Below, one piece after another: positions 26,701 through 40,500 of a stretch of DNA of 64,000 bases (its first letter is position 1; each line of letters begins with the position of its first letter). The position numbers were made by a program, and so were the translations under genes. A model generated the notes under the pieces. The model saw only the letters and a list, made by a program, of their open reading frames with translations. It had not been told where the DNA came from and did not search any database. The DNA comes from Chrysomallon squamiferum (lineage: Eukaryota > Animalia > Mollusca): positions 8,866,001-8,930,000 of the forward strand of contig CM022671.1 of the NCBI GenBank assembly GCA_012295275.1. Reading direction: 5' to 3'.

Positions 26701-28279
26701 TTTATTTTTTTTCAAGACTTTTATAATTTAAGTATGACAAATAAAACTTTGTGAAATCATACTATGGACTTTTACTTATGATAAGCCAGGAATCTTTTTT
26801 ATGCTTTGTTTGTTTGTTTTATAGATATAAAAGCACATACCATTTATTTACAAACTAATAACCCCAAAATCAGGAGAGAATTACAAAAACAAAATTGTTT
26901 AAAGAAATCTAAAATCTGTGTCAAAGAGAGAAAGAGTGGTGGAGAGAAATAAGAAAGAAAGAAACAAAGTGAAAGAAAGAGAGAAAGAAATAAGAAAGTA
27001 AGAAACAACGTCAAAGAAAGAGAGACCAACTTTTCAACAAATGAAATATTAAAAGATTGATTATACTTTCTAAAAGCAAAATCTTTTAAAAAAAAATAAA
27101 GTCAGAAAAAAAATAAAAATAAAATAAAGTTATATTTTACATAATTATCTCTCTAAGGAACAAAGAACATTCTAAAAAGCAGAAGCTGTCAGTGCTATTA
27201 AGAGTAATTACTTTTCACCAGGGAAAACGTTCAAATTAGTCAGCAAATAAAGCAAGTGGGAATGGATTAACTCTCTCTTACTTATTAATCTTTTCCTGTT
27301 AGAGAGGTGTGAGGTTTGAAGCAGCAGGTTCTGGCTGCACAATGTCTCTGCTCTCCACTCTGTCGAGTACTCACACCAGCAATTGATTAAGCAATTAAAT
27401 GAAGATCTATCAGACATTTTCACACCATTCAGGTTAATTAAGTTAGTTGACAAAATTTTCGTGAGTCACAAGTGTTGAGTTGAGTTGAATTATGTGTGTC
27501 CTTGAAGTGATTGCTTTCCTCAGTTGTCCACCATGGTCAGCTGACGATGCTGGCTAACTGAGTCATTGGTCAACACTCTTCAGGTGACACGGATTTTACT
27601 GGTGCTAATTTGAAACTGTTTTTCACTTTACATCATGAAAACTACCACTAATATTTACCTGTTTGATATAAATGTATTTTTGAACACAAAGGTATCGTGT
27701 CAAATGTATCACTGGTATAAACAAAGGTGCATGATAGTAAATGAAGCATTGGTTTTATCAAATTTATGTCACATGAAAAATACTTTCTATATTTACCTGT
27801 TGGTTCTAACTAATGAGACAAATGAATGAAGAACTGGTTTGTCTGATAAGTTAGTAAAGTGAATCATTGATTCACATTTAACAAAATCTCAGATTGTTTT
27901 AATATTGATATCACGAGGTGTCAGTTATAGCAGAGAGAAAACCTTTGTCAATTAGTTATGTGAGCTCTTTTATATATACCTTATCATAAACTGGTAAAAA
28001 CCTTTGATAATCAAGTTGCTTAAATACTGCTGGATGTTTGTGTGTATTTGATCATCTGTGTTTATATGTCTGTCTCTATATGTATTCCTGTGTGTATGTG
28101 TGTGATATGTGCATCTGTACTACTGATATTATCTAACAAATTCACAGTTCATACCTGAAATTTTATTTCAAGATTAAAATTATATTTCTTCAATACATGA
28201 TCTGTTTGTCTATTATTTTTCAATAACATATGTCTATTTCATGTTTTCATGTCTAACATATGTCCATTTCATGCTTTCT

Positions 28280-28493
28280 ATATGTCTGTGTGTGAATGTC
28301 TGTGTATGTCTGTGTTTGTGTCTGTGTGTGTGAATGCCTGTGTATGTCTCTGTTTGTGCCTGTTTGTGTCTGTGTGTGTGAATGGCTGTGTATGTCTGTG
28401 TTTGTCTCTGTGTGTGTGAATGTCTGTGTATGTCTGTGTTTGTGTGTGTGTGTGTGAATGTCTGTGTATGTCTGTGTTTGTCTCTGTGTGTGT
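28280..28493. repeat. TG/TC-rich minisatellite (GTGAATGTCTGTGTATGTCTGTGTTTG-type unit)
   Basis: About 4-5 imperfect units read directly. Confidence 0.8.
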
Positions 28494-29980
28494 TATAACC
28501 TACACTGAGACACAAATGCATCTTTCTCAAGATGAGGACCAGCACCTGTGTGTCAGTTTACAAGTCTATACTTAGACATTAATACATCACTTTAAAGATG
28601 ACAAAGAGATGATCGGTGCTAATTCTGTGTCAGGAGAATGTCCTCCTGTGTATCACTGTGAAGATGGGACTGGTGTGATTGACGTTAACTTAATTATGTT
28701 GTTAACTTCATGTCTTAAAGCTTGACCCAGCCATTCTAGTCATTTCACTAATTTGTTAAGACACAAATTGATTATTCTAAAACTGACATGCATGAGATTG
28801 TGGCTAATTGAATTACTAATATACACATACTAATTTCTGTCTTCTGTATTTCAAACACTGTCTAACAGATTCACAGTTTGTACCTGAAATTTTATTTCAA
28901 AGATGAAAATGGTATTTTTTTCAATAAAATGGTCTGTTTAAGTCTATTATTTTTCAATAAAATATGACTATTCATACTTTCTATCTGAAATATGTTTGAA
29001 TTGAGGATAGTGTTCCAGAATCTAACTCCTGTATAGAGACATTCTAAGTCACTAATTCATGCACAAATACACTGCATTGTTTTAAAGGTGGCATCAATAT
29101 TGCTTCATTAAAAAAAAAGTGTTTCAGCAAATTTTATATTGGCTGTAATGTGATATTGATGATGGTTGTGATAAACACAGTGACAATAATTATGATGGTG
29201 TGATGATGATGATATAAATATCACTGTTGCTTCATTAAACAGGTTTTTATAATTTTATATTGACAGTAAATATGATAATGATCATGGCTATATTTGTGGT
29301 AGGAATTATTATGGTTACTTACCACTTACAATTTATTACACCTGTACTAACTCCTTACTGGTGATACCTACAGGTTACTATTACAACTATTACAACTTAC
29401 TAGTGCTACTTACTATTTACAAGTTACTTTTACTTATTACTTACAACTTATAACCTCCACTACTTACTGCTACTATTATTATTTACTACATACAAATAAC
29501 CTATATACTTACTAGTATGACTATTTACTTCTGCTACTAACTCCTAACTTGTTACTACTAATTACTTATTATTTCCTATTACTACTCCTAACTACCACTA
29601 TTAACTATTACTTTTTGTAGATCTTATAATTACTATTACTACTGCTACTACTACTATTGCTACAGACTTCTTACTACTTTATAGTACTACGACTACTACA
29701 TCTACTATCTCAATTATAAAGTGACCAGAAACAAGTGAAGAATAGTAGATGGTCAGTTGATAATAAAGTTATTAAACTGGACAATAAAGATGTCTGACCT
29801 TACACCCCTACGGCATTTCCTCTTCTAGAGGGGAAACACACAAATATATCACCACTGAACTGGCATCAGAATAGTCCAGTTTAAGTCAGTGATGTCAGCA
29901 GCCTACTGTGCTTATACTTTTTTGATGTACTTTTATATATATTTTGTATATATGTATATCTGTATACATGTGTGTATTTG

Positions 29981-29988
<8 letters not shown>

Positions 29989-30030
<42 letters not shown>
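29989..30030. repeat. (TG)n microsatellite
   Basis: Direct reading. Confidence 0.9.
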
Positions 30031-30032
<2 letters not shown>

Positions 30033-30863
30033 AGTGGGTGTGTGCTGGTTAGCTTAATAATAGGTTTATTTGTATGTATTTGTAATTGTGTTTTTGTATG
30101 TAAGTGTATATATTTGAATATGGACCTGAATGTCTGCATACAGTATCATATTTATAATAATATACTTATGTACACCATTTCACCTATTTATGCATTTGTA
30201 ACATATAATCAAGAAAGGTCAAAGCTTGCCTGTCATGACTGCTACAGCCTCAATCTCCCACTCTCTATTCATCAACTCGTATGATTTCAATTGTGCTTGT
30301 TAGTTGTTGGAATCACACACACATACGATAGGTTAACAAGATAATTTTTTCGAGTATGGTCAAATATGAAACTGGAACATCAGATTCCCAGTCTGAATGG
30401 ACAACAGATGCTTCAGCAAACATTACAGCTTCTTCCCACTAATGGAAGGAATTCTCTGCTAATCATTACCTTTATGGGAGCAAACGTGTGAGATATCTCC
30501 AGTAATAGGAAGGAAAATGTCGGCTGAGTGCGCTGTTGATGACAGAGGAGACAGCTTTGATCCGCGGATGTGCTAATGTAATGACCAGTGTCTGGAGCAG
30601 CAATTGAAACAGTGTTAACTCGCCCACAATTGGCTCTGATAAAATCCCGGTTTAGTTTTGGTGCAACCAGTACATATGCTGCTGATCAAAATAATACTCT
30701 TATGCACATACAAAAAGTATGTATGTGTTTTGATCTGTGACATATGTAAAATAATATACATAATAATAATATTATATGGACCTTTAAATATGTTTTTGAT
30801 ATATGTAAAATATTATATATAATAATATATGGACCTGTAGATATACACAGTGACATATGTTAG

Positions 30864-30900
<37 letters not shown>

Positions 30901-31378
30901 CTTTATATGTCTAAAATTATTACAAATTCAAGGTCAAAATGAAAGAAACAAAAATATCAAAATAGTTAAAAATTAACCTAAAATTTGTAAGGTTACAACA
31001 CTATTTATTTTTAAAGTTAAAGTAACTAATCAAATACCATTTCTGCCAATAAAAAGAAATATTTGAAAAATAGCTAATTGCTTCTATTAACATTTCTATG
31101 GCTTAAATAAAAGGTTATAACAGAATGCTAAATTTGATTTTTAACTTAAAATGAATCTTAATTATTCCTGATGTCTGTGATTTTTATAGAAATTGTCACT
31201 AGAGTATTTTTTGGTTGTTGTTTTTGTGTTCAGGTAAACAAGCCCCACTGACTCACTTGCATAATTGCCTTGTGTTACATATGACAGAAAATAAAATAGA
31301 AATGTTGCATGTGTATAAGTTAACACCTTAATATTCTATATTTATGTAGCACTACACTGATACGTTTTGTACAACATA

Positions 31379-31471
31379 ATATTACTTAATAACACAGAGT
31401 TCTGTTTCAAAGTATTACTTATAACACAGAGTTCTATTTCAAAGTATTACTTAATAACACAGAGTTCTATT
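31379..31471. repeat. 33-nt tandem repeat, about 3 copies (ATTACTTAATAACACAGAGTTCTRTTTCAAAGT)
   Basis: Direct reading; copies are near-identical. Confidence 0.9.
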
Positions 31472-31972
31472 CTGCTATTACAAATGTAATGGCAGCCTTT
31501 GGACAGAGCCATTGATTGGTTTGAAGGAATAAGCCATTTTATACCTAAACTCTTTCATTTATTCCTTTCATCTGTAAACCAGAAGCTTCAGACTGACATT
31601 AACACTCAAAGATCACCGTGTTAGTGTGCAAAGGAGCAAAAAATTAATACCAAGTTAATCAAATATCAGCATTAACGACCAAAGAATGCACTTTAGCCTT
31701 TTGGCTGGGATCAAATAATGAATGACACATAGCAGAGATGTTGACCAAAGCCAAATTCAACACACTGATGCTCCGCTATTGAAGGAAGGAAAACACACAG
31801 TAATAATACAAGAGTGTTTTATTTGGGTATAACTGGAATGGGAATTCATTCAGTTATGTGTGCATGAAAGTATTAGTGTTTAACTGTTGTTGTGAGGGAG
31901 ACAAAGATAAAAGTTTTAGTTACTATATTAGTGGGTGTTTCTTTTATAAAATATTGATTTAGTCATCAAAGG

Positions 31973-32005
<33 letters not shown>

Positions 32006-32379
32006 TCACACAGTTGTTGTTACTGGTTATTATTATTATTATTATTATAAAAAAGAATAAAATTCTAATATCTATTTAGAAGTACAGTCACATAATGTAA
32101 AATGAATAAATTCTGACGATAACAAAAAATTCAAATAGAACCATTAGTTTTTAAAATATCTTCAAATGTCATTTCCATATAAAAAAACTGAGCATAATGA
32201 ATGGAATCTCTTGAAATGAAAAGACAGAAAAAGTGAAAAGACAAACATTAAATTGAATTGATTTGTACGGAAGATAAGAGCATTGACAGAAAATATCTAC
32301 AAGCAAGGACAATGACATTTCACAGTTCGGTGATTCAGTATCAACACTTCAACAGCATCCTGTACAGAATGTTTTAACA

Positions 32380-32715
32380 ATGTGAATAATGTTTTCAGAA
32401 CAATAAGTTAAATAACAGCGAGATACTTCAGCATAAAATGTGCTAAACAGCATCAGACAGTAGCATTCAAAATGTTAAATGGCAATAGCTTTCAGCATTT
32501 AATGTGTCAAATAACAAGATTTTAGCATTCAGAATGTTAAATAATGACTGAGTTTACAAAATATGAATTGCTTAATAGAGAGAGAGTTTAAAAAGTGCTA
32601 AATAGTAACAGACTTTCAGCAATCAAAATACTAATAGAGATATAATTTTTTTACAAAACATGAAGTGATAAATAGTGAGAGTTCAAAGAAAATAGTATTA
32701 AATAACAACAGATTT
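32380..32715. repeat. Highly degenerate tandem repeat of about 36 nt (TTCAGCAT...AATGTTAAATAA)
   Basis: Periodic (tt)cagcat and atg(t/c)taaata motifs. Confidence 0.5.
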
Positions 32716-32734
32716 TGGTACAACATCATTGGTG

Positions 32735-33008
32735 TATTAAAGATCAGTATGTTCCTGTTCATGGGAAGGCACACTTATTTTAAAAGATGTATTTTGCTAA
32801 TAGATAACTGTGTTTATGGATAAGCTATAATACATTTCCACTTTAACATATTATATTTATATAAAAGCCATGTTTTAAAAAATTAATAAATAAATATTTC
32901 TGCTAAATGAAAAATAATAATTTTTTTGTTATAACAGTGGGTTTCCTTTCTCATTATCTTTAACAGTACATGTAATACCATAATGTATTTTAAATGTCTC
33001 ATTGAATA
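32735..33008 (+). mobile_element. Degenerate SINE-like fragments
   Basis: gtatgttcctgttcatgggaaggcac...aaaagatgtattttgctaata resembles the shared central motif, followed by cagtgggtttcctttctc. Confidence 0.35.
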
Positions 33009-33618
33009 ATGGTAAAACATTCCTCCTAATGATGAAAGCCTAAGACCAGCATGTTCCTCTGTAAATAGATGAGAGAACTATAATAACTGTTAGATGATTG
33101 GGAATATTTTGAGAAGTGTGTTTGTAGTAAGTTATTAACATCACAGTCACAACACTGAGATTGGTGTTATGGACACACAGTGATTTGATGGATGGACATT
33201 AAACCTGAGAGAGAGATAAATGTTATTAAAACATCACTTCTTTTTATTAATTTGGATAGTTGTTTTATAGAGGAATACTAAACAAAAAAAGTTTATTATT
33301 AGTATTATTATTATTAATATTAGTGTTGTTCTTCTTTTTCTTTTTCTTCTTATTCTTGTTATCATTATTTGACACTGAAGTATTTATAACATAATAATCA
33401 GTGCAATGGGATTCATTTACTGTTGTAAAATTAAAATTCTGTTTTCCTTTTTAAACTGTAGCTTGAAAGCAGCCATAATCTTGGAAACAAACAGCCAGAA
33501 ATTAAAATCACTTTAAATGAATTTGATTAACCTATATTTACTATTTAACTGTCCATACATCCATCCATTCATCTCAAACCAGTCTGTTCATTTTGATTTC
33601 CTTGTCATTCACCTCATC

Positions 33619-34322
33619 CATCCTTGAACACATCATCCATAACCAACCTCACCGAAGTCATTTCATACATCCTTGAACACATCATCCATAACCAACCTCA
33701 CTGAAGTCATTTCATACATCCTTGAACACATCATCCATAACCAACCTCAGTGAAGTCATTTCATACATCCTTGAACACATCATTTCTGAAGTCATTTCAT
33801 ACATCCTTGAACACATCATCCATAACCAACCTCAAGTCATTTCATACATCCTTGAACACATCATCCATAACCAACCTCACTGAAGTCATTTCATACATCC
33901 TTGAACACATCATCCATAACCAACCTCACTGAAGTCATTTCATACATCCTTGAACACATCATCCATAACCAACCTCACCGAAGTCATTTCATACATCCTT
34001 GAACACATCATCCATAACCAACCTCACTGAAGTCATTTCATACATCCTTGAACACATCATCCATAACCAAACAAGTCATTTCATACATCCTTGAACACAT
34101 CATCCATAACCAATTTCATTTCATACATCCTTGAACACATCATCCATAACCAACCTCAGTGAAGTCATTTCATACATCCTTGAACACATCATCCATAACC
34201 AACCTCACCGAAGTCATTTCATACATCCTTGAACACATCATCCATAACCAACCTCAGTGAAGTCATTTCATACATCCTTGAACACATCATCCATAACCAA
34301 CCTCACTGAAATCATTTCATCC
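33619..34322. repeat. 49-nt minisatellite, about 15 copies (CATCCTTGAACACATCATCCATAACCAACCTCACTGAAGTCATTTCATA)
   Basis: Period 49 (33619 to 33668); near-identical units with a few internally deleted ones. Confidence 0.95.
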
Positions 34323-34478
34323 ATCCATCCACCCATCCGTCCTTTCCTTCATCCAGCTATCTGTCCACACATTCTCTCCAAACCTCAGATTGTTCCAGGT
34401 TTATCCCCACCACTGTTTCATCATTTACGTGCTCATGTTTTAATGTGTGTATTATTTTGTGTGTTTTTGTTGTTTCAG

Positions 34479-34595
34479 TATTATCAAAGGAATCGTAACA
34501 AGGTGACAATAGAAGAAAAAGACGTTGCTGGGGATCTCATGCAGGTGAAGAATCAGCTTGACAGTATGCTGAAGAAAAAAATAGAGGCTGTAGAG
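34479..34595 (+). CDS. CACNA2D3: alpha2delta exon (117 nt): [39 protein letters not shown]
   Basis: Acceptor tttttgttgtttcag, donor GAG|gtaagc, phase 0/0. Resembles the alpha2delta N-terminal helix (human ...IEEIDG...MFHKKSEAVR). Confidence 0.88.
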
Positions 34596-37500
34596 GTAAG
34601 CCGTTATATTTTTGTTTTGTATTAAGAATGATGTTAATGAAAATTTTAACTAATTCAGAATGTGTTACCAAGTCTGAGCTCTATGAAAATATTACCTTTT
34701 TGAGCAGATATTTTCATAAAGTTTTAACACAGAAATAACATTCTGCATTAAAAATTTTGACTGAAGGGTAAAGAAATTGTATTTATAAATGATACCCATA
34801 ACTGAAGATAAAAAAAAAAATAATAACTCACAACAACAACAACAACAAATAGGAATAAAAGAACATTAAAACAAAAAACAACAACAACAACAAAAATGTT
34901 GCTGTTTGCTGAAGGACATAATCTGAACTCATTAATTCCAAGACTTGAATGTTTGTTATGTGATGTAAATTAAATTCTAATCCCACCTAAGGCCAGTGTA
35001 CAGATTGCATACAGAAATCACTCCACAGTCGCAGTAATAGGCTGCAAATCTCCAAGACTGGCAGACTATTGGCAATTAACTTGTTAAAAGGAAATTGCAA
35101 CCATCTACAATTTAATATCTGGTCTACTACTTGTAGTAATAAACTCAGTGTAGTGTAGCTTTGTGTAATTTCTGTAACCTAGCCACAAACTTTATATCTT
35201 GGACATATGTTACATACCACTGTCAGTGTTATTTATATAATCGTAGCCACAAAGTATATATCTAAGTGATATGTTGCACACCACTGTGATTGTTATTTAT
35301 ATACTGTAGTCACATTTTGTACATCACTGTCACTGTTATTTATATACCATAGTTACCTTTTAAACCACTGTCAGTGTTAGTTATATAACCTAGCCACAAA
35401 CTATATACCTTGAACATGTTATTTATCACTGTCAGTGTCATTTATACAATCCTTGCAACAATTATGTACCTATTTATATAACCAAGTCAGTGTTATTTAT
35501 ATAACCAAGCAGCAAATTATATACCATTATTACATAGCACAATCTTATGTTTTATATCATGTCAGTTTTTAAAGGGTCGTTTTATGTTCCTAATTTGTTA
35601 ATATCCAACATTTTTATAACTCAGTTATGTGGTCAGTTTATTTACAGTCTCTTTACCATTGTAAGTCTCATTTACATACTTTAATCACAGACTGTCCATC
35701 ATTGCATCTTAGTCTTAAGCTGATCCCCAGTGTCTATTACTCTGTAATAAGTTGTATCTTAAAGTTTGAAAGAGATGTATAAGTTCAAACTAATTAAAAA
35801 CATCAAACTGTAATATATTTGGTTTTTCAAATGCAGCTAACATATAAGACTATTTTTGGTTGTTTAATTATGTTTATAAATTAATGAATGTTTGTAAGAT
35901 GCCAAGGACAATATTGATTTATCATTTTAATTATTCTATATCCAAATATAAGATTATCAGTTCCTGTTCAGATTAGTTTGTTTTTCATATGATTAATGTT
36001 CATTAATATGTCTTTCATATTAACAATATTTTCAAGTAATTTAATTGAACAGTTAAAAGAACTGGACTAATATTCTGTATAATCAAAATAATCACAGCAC
36101 GATGGATATTGTGATTAACGAGAACAAAACATGTTATTACTGCTATTACTAGTAATATTACTACTACTAATATTACTGCTTCCTCTGTTGTTACTACTGT
36201 TACTGTATTATACCACAGTTACTACTGTCACTATTGCTGTTACAGTTGCTACTATTACTACTACAGCTACTGCTACTACCATTGTTCCTACTTTTGTTAT
36301 TGGCATTACTGTTAGTTAACTAAACTAGGTACTATTATTAAGCACTATTTTTCCTGATGCTGTGACAGTTTCCAACACTGCCTCAATAAATACTATGTCT
36401 AATATTACATCTACTATTCTAATCCTACCACTTCTACTACTGTTACTGCCACCATTATTGCTGCTTCTGTTTCTACTACCACTGCAACTGCTGCTACGTA
36501 TTCTACTACAACCATGACCAATAATGATAAACAAATATGAACTAACATGCAGTTCAAAAGACATTTACCATTTCACTAATAAATTATTCATTCAAACCAG
36601 TTTCCCTCCATTTGCTTGAAAACAAATTCCTTTCTTTTCTTCTCTTTTCTTCAATTTAAAAATACAAAATAAATGTTTATGTTTAATTTTTTTTGGTAGC
36701 CAGTGTTTTATTTCAAGTTATGAAAGTGATTTATCACTGTTTACTGCTGACACTGTTAGGAAATGAGGAGGACACTGAATTACAAAGAACATGCTAGATT
36801 GTGATCTTTTCTCCTGCTGTGTCTTTTGCTCTAACACAAACACTCTGCCTCTGTCAACAATATCCTTAACACTCTTAGTCAGACATTATGTTGTCAGAGT
36901 CTAACAAAAAAGTATTTAATTTTAATAATTAAAAAAAAAAATGGAAAGAAGAAAAAAAGAAAAGAGAGAGAAAGAAAAATGAAAGATCAAAAATAAAAAA
37001 TAAAAGAGAATGAGAGAAAAAAAAAATTAAAGAATGAAAAGAAAAGAGAAAAAAAAAAAATAAATAAAGAGGAAAAAAGATAATATTACCTATAACAGAT
37101 TTTGTTAACCCAGTAGCTGAGATCTTCTGACTAAAGGCAAAAACATATGGGATTGATTCTTTAATACAGTTCTTTTCAGAGTTTCAACATATATAATTAT
37201 AATAATTATTTTAATTTAATTTTATTTGAATGATTTGTATGCATTAATAAGAAAATAAATAATAAGATTCTGATGATGGAGGCATGAATGTTTTGTTTTT
37301 CTCATTTAGAGAATATTTTGTAAAAGTGTTTGTAGTGTTGAGACATTTTTAAGGAAGAAGAAATATTTGTAAAGTAAAGAAATTTGTGAAGAAGAAGGAA
37401 TATTTGTAATGTAGAGACAATGATAAAAAGAAATATTTCTAATATTGAGAATTTTTAAAGAAGGAATACTTGTAATGTAAAAAATTTGTAAAGAATGGAT

Positions 37501-40500
37501 ATTTGTAATGTAGAAAATTTTTAAAGAAGGGGTATTTATAATGTAGAAAATTTGTAAAGAAAGGATATTTGTATGTGGAGACAGCAATAAAGAAGAAATA
37601 TTTGTAAATATTGAGAATTTGTAAAGAAAAAATGTTTGAAAAGAGGAAACAATATTTCTAATGTAAAGAATTTGTGAGAAAGAAGGAATAATTGTAATTA
37701 TAATATTTTGTAAGGAAGAGAGAATGTTTGTGATAGAGAAACACTGTTGATGTTCCTGGCCACAAACTACAGCAAACTGTCAACATTCCACATCTCATCC
37801 ATAAATTATTTTTAACTTTCTTTCTGTTTCTCATTAGTCTTAAATGTCTCACCTATTTGTTATTACTGGCTTGCTTTCCTAATTAAACCTGCTATGCAGT
37901 TCAGCTGCACATATGACAGAAAGGAAAGAATTAATATTTAATGTCAGCCATCCTGACTCTTGGCAGAACTTTATTCCTGGTACCATGCTTGGCATCACAG
38001 CACATTAATGTTTCATCAGTTTCATCACAGACCCACCACTGCTTGTTTCAGTGTTAGCAGGCTTTTTATTGCCGTGGAACATGCAACAGAAACAAGGCAT
38101 GATTCAGGTGCTACTTTTTAAGTTTTTTTTTTTTTTTTTTTTTTTTTATTTCATTGAAAGTGGTCAGAGATTAATGTGGTCTGAGAACTGCGGTTTCTGT
38201 TTCAGCCAGATATTTGTCAAGATTAAGGAAACCGTTTGCTAATGTCAACTGCCATAAGTCCAAGTCTTCACCAAAAATATGCATCTCTATCACGTTCCAA
38301 CTCTCAACAGTCATCATTGTATCAGTTGTCTGTTATCACTGGATTGACCAGTTGTTGTTTATCAGTTGACCATTATTTTCTGATTCAACATTCAGATATC
38401 TACTGTTGCTGGTTTTGTATCGATGATGATGTGTGTCATTTGTTTGATTAATTTTTAAATATCATTTTACATTAAAAGTAAATTCACCCATTCAACAAGC
38501 TTTATTCAAAGATTTTATTTTGAAAGTCTTTATTTTAGAATAAAATAAAAATTTTAAATTATTATTATAAATATTATTGTTAGAATTATTTATAAATTTA
38601 TTATTTATTTTATTTTTAATGTTTAAATTATTTTATTATTATTTCAAAAAAATCAGATTTCTAACCAAAAGGTGTTAAGATATATTTTGGTAAGCAAATT
38701 ATTCTTTAATTTGTATAATATAAATTATTTTTAATGTACTTTAACATGCTATAAATAAGTTACTTATGCCATTAATATTCATTTAAAAATATGTAGATGA
38801 TTCATTTTGCTGAACTGTCATGGAAAATCATTGCACACATTTGTCATAATGATAGCAAGGACTGACTGACTCACATATTCATTCTCATTCTTGACTGCTT
38901 TAACCAGAAATTTAAAAACAAGAAAACGCTGATCACTGTATTTCAGGATACAATTACCACTAAAAAACAAAATCGTGCAATGTAAATGTTTTTGTTCATG
39001 AATTGATATCATTACTGATATCTTTGCACCATGTATGCTGACTGTGATGGATTAATGAATTTACACTGAGCAGAGTTCATCAGTATGAACATTAATCTTA
39101 CCATGTCTCTCTCACTCTTCCCATCTCTAGGTTTCTGTCTCATTTGCTCATTCTTGCTCTCTCTCTCTTTCTCTCTCTCATTCTTTTTATTCTTTGAAAT
39201 ATTTTCCTTCTGTATGGCCAAAAACCCATAAAGTATTGTTTTATGAAGAAAGGGGAAACATTTTTTTTTTTTTTGGAAGTTATTTGGAATATATGTCTTC
39301 TGTATATATATTATCAGGGACAGAACAAGAATTGTTTTGACATTTAGAATGAGTAAATCAAGTCAACTTATTCAATGGAACATTAGCTAACTACAATTTT
39401 AGATACATTACTTCTGTCACATTGTTTTTTTTATATAAGCAGGAGATCAATTAAGATGGACCAGTGGAAGTTTGGAAATTAAAAAAATTGGTATCCTAAA
39501 AACAAAATGTTACTGAATCTTTTGTTGATTATTTCTAAATGTACAAAAGAAAAATTAAATAGTTCTTCTTTGGACATAAATGCTGTTTAAAAAGATTAAA
39601 AGTACTTGATTTTCTTGGGCAGAGGGGTATTGTGTCTTTATACCCTCCTTTGAATCTGCACCCGTTTACAAATACATACTTCTTTAGTATGTGGCTGTCT
39701 GTTTCCAAGCTGTGTTATTTAAACAATCTTACCACAAACAGTGATTTATTTATCCCAGATGTTTATTCTTAAACATATCTCACTAGAGATGTGACATGAA
39801 ATCAATAAAATTTAAAAAAAATAAACATTAAAAACCCCCATTCAAACAATTAGTTTCTAAATAAAATAAAAAAATCTTTGATGTAGATGGTACAACTGAT
39901 TGAAAATATACTTTTCGTTGTATATTTATAACATCAGAAAGAAAATTAATTTTGGATAATTAACTCTTTTTTTTTTCTTCTTTTTTTTTCTTTTTTTTTT
40001 CTCATCTAAGAATTTTATTATACTGCAGATCTAAAATCTACAGAACTTTGAAAACAACTTTATAATTCATTTATAATTTCTTTCTCATATGAAAACATCT
40101 TGTTTTTATTCTCTCTTCTAATTTATATGTCAGGTGAAAGTATCGCTGTGAGCTGTTCATTAAACTAATGTCTCACAAATATGTTCATTTGTAAGTTAAT
40201 TGTCTCTTCCATTTTAATGAGAAAATTTCAGTCCATAATTAGATGAGTCCTTCTCTAATGACATGGATAATACAGGTAATAGAAGTTAATTATTGGCAGT
40301 TAGCTTTTCATACTGCTCACTCAGGAGGTTAGCTTTGTTTAGGTTTGTTGTGCTCTTTTCTGTCTTAGCATGCTAGAAGTCTGCAAAAATGACAAGATTT
40401 TAGTAATGGAGGTCATAAACATTTTATTTTCATTTAAAGAAAATTTGGTAAAGAGTGTTTGTAATGTAGAAAAGAAGGAATGTTATTAACAGAGGTAGAT

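Noticed and set aside
33619-34322. CRISPR-like regular repeats (also 47750-48070 and 51251-54140)
   Set aside because: Head-to-tail units without unique spacers, no cas genes, eukaryotic intronic context.
34257-34625. 122-aa ORF with a hydrophobic stretch resembling a signal peptide before the exon
   Set aside because: It starts in the 49-nt repeat and the hydrophobic part is the translated polypyrimidine tract; only 34479-34595 is supported as coding.
36131-36319. Poly-Leu/poly-Thr ORF resembling a signal peptide plus mucin
   Set aside because: Decayed (CTA/TTA)n low-complexity sequence with no splice context.
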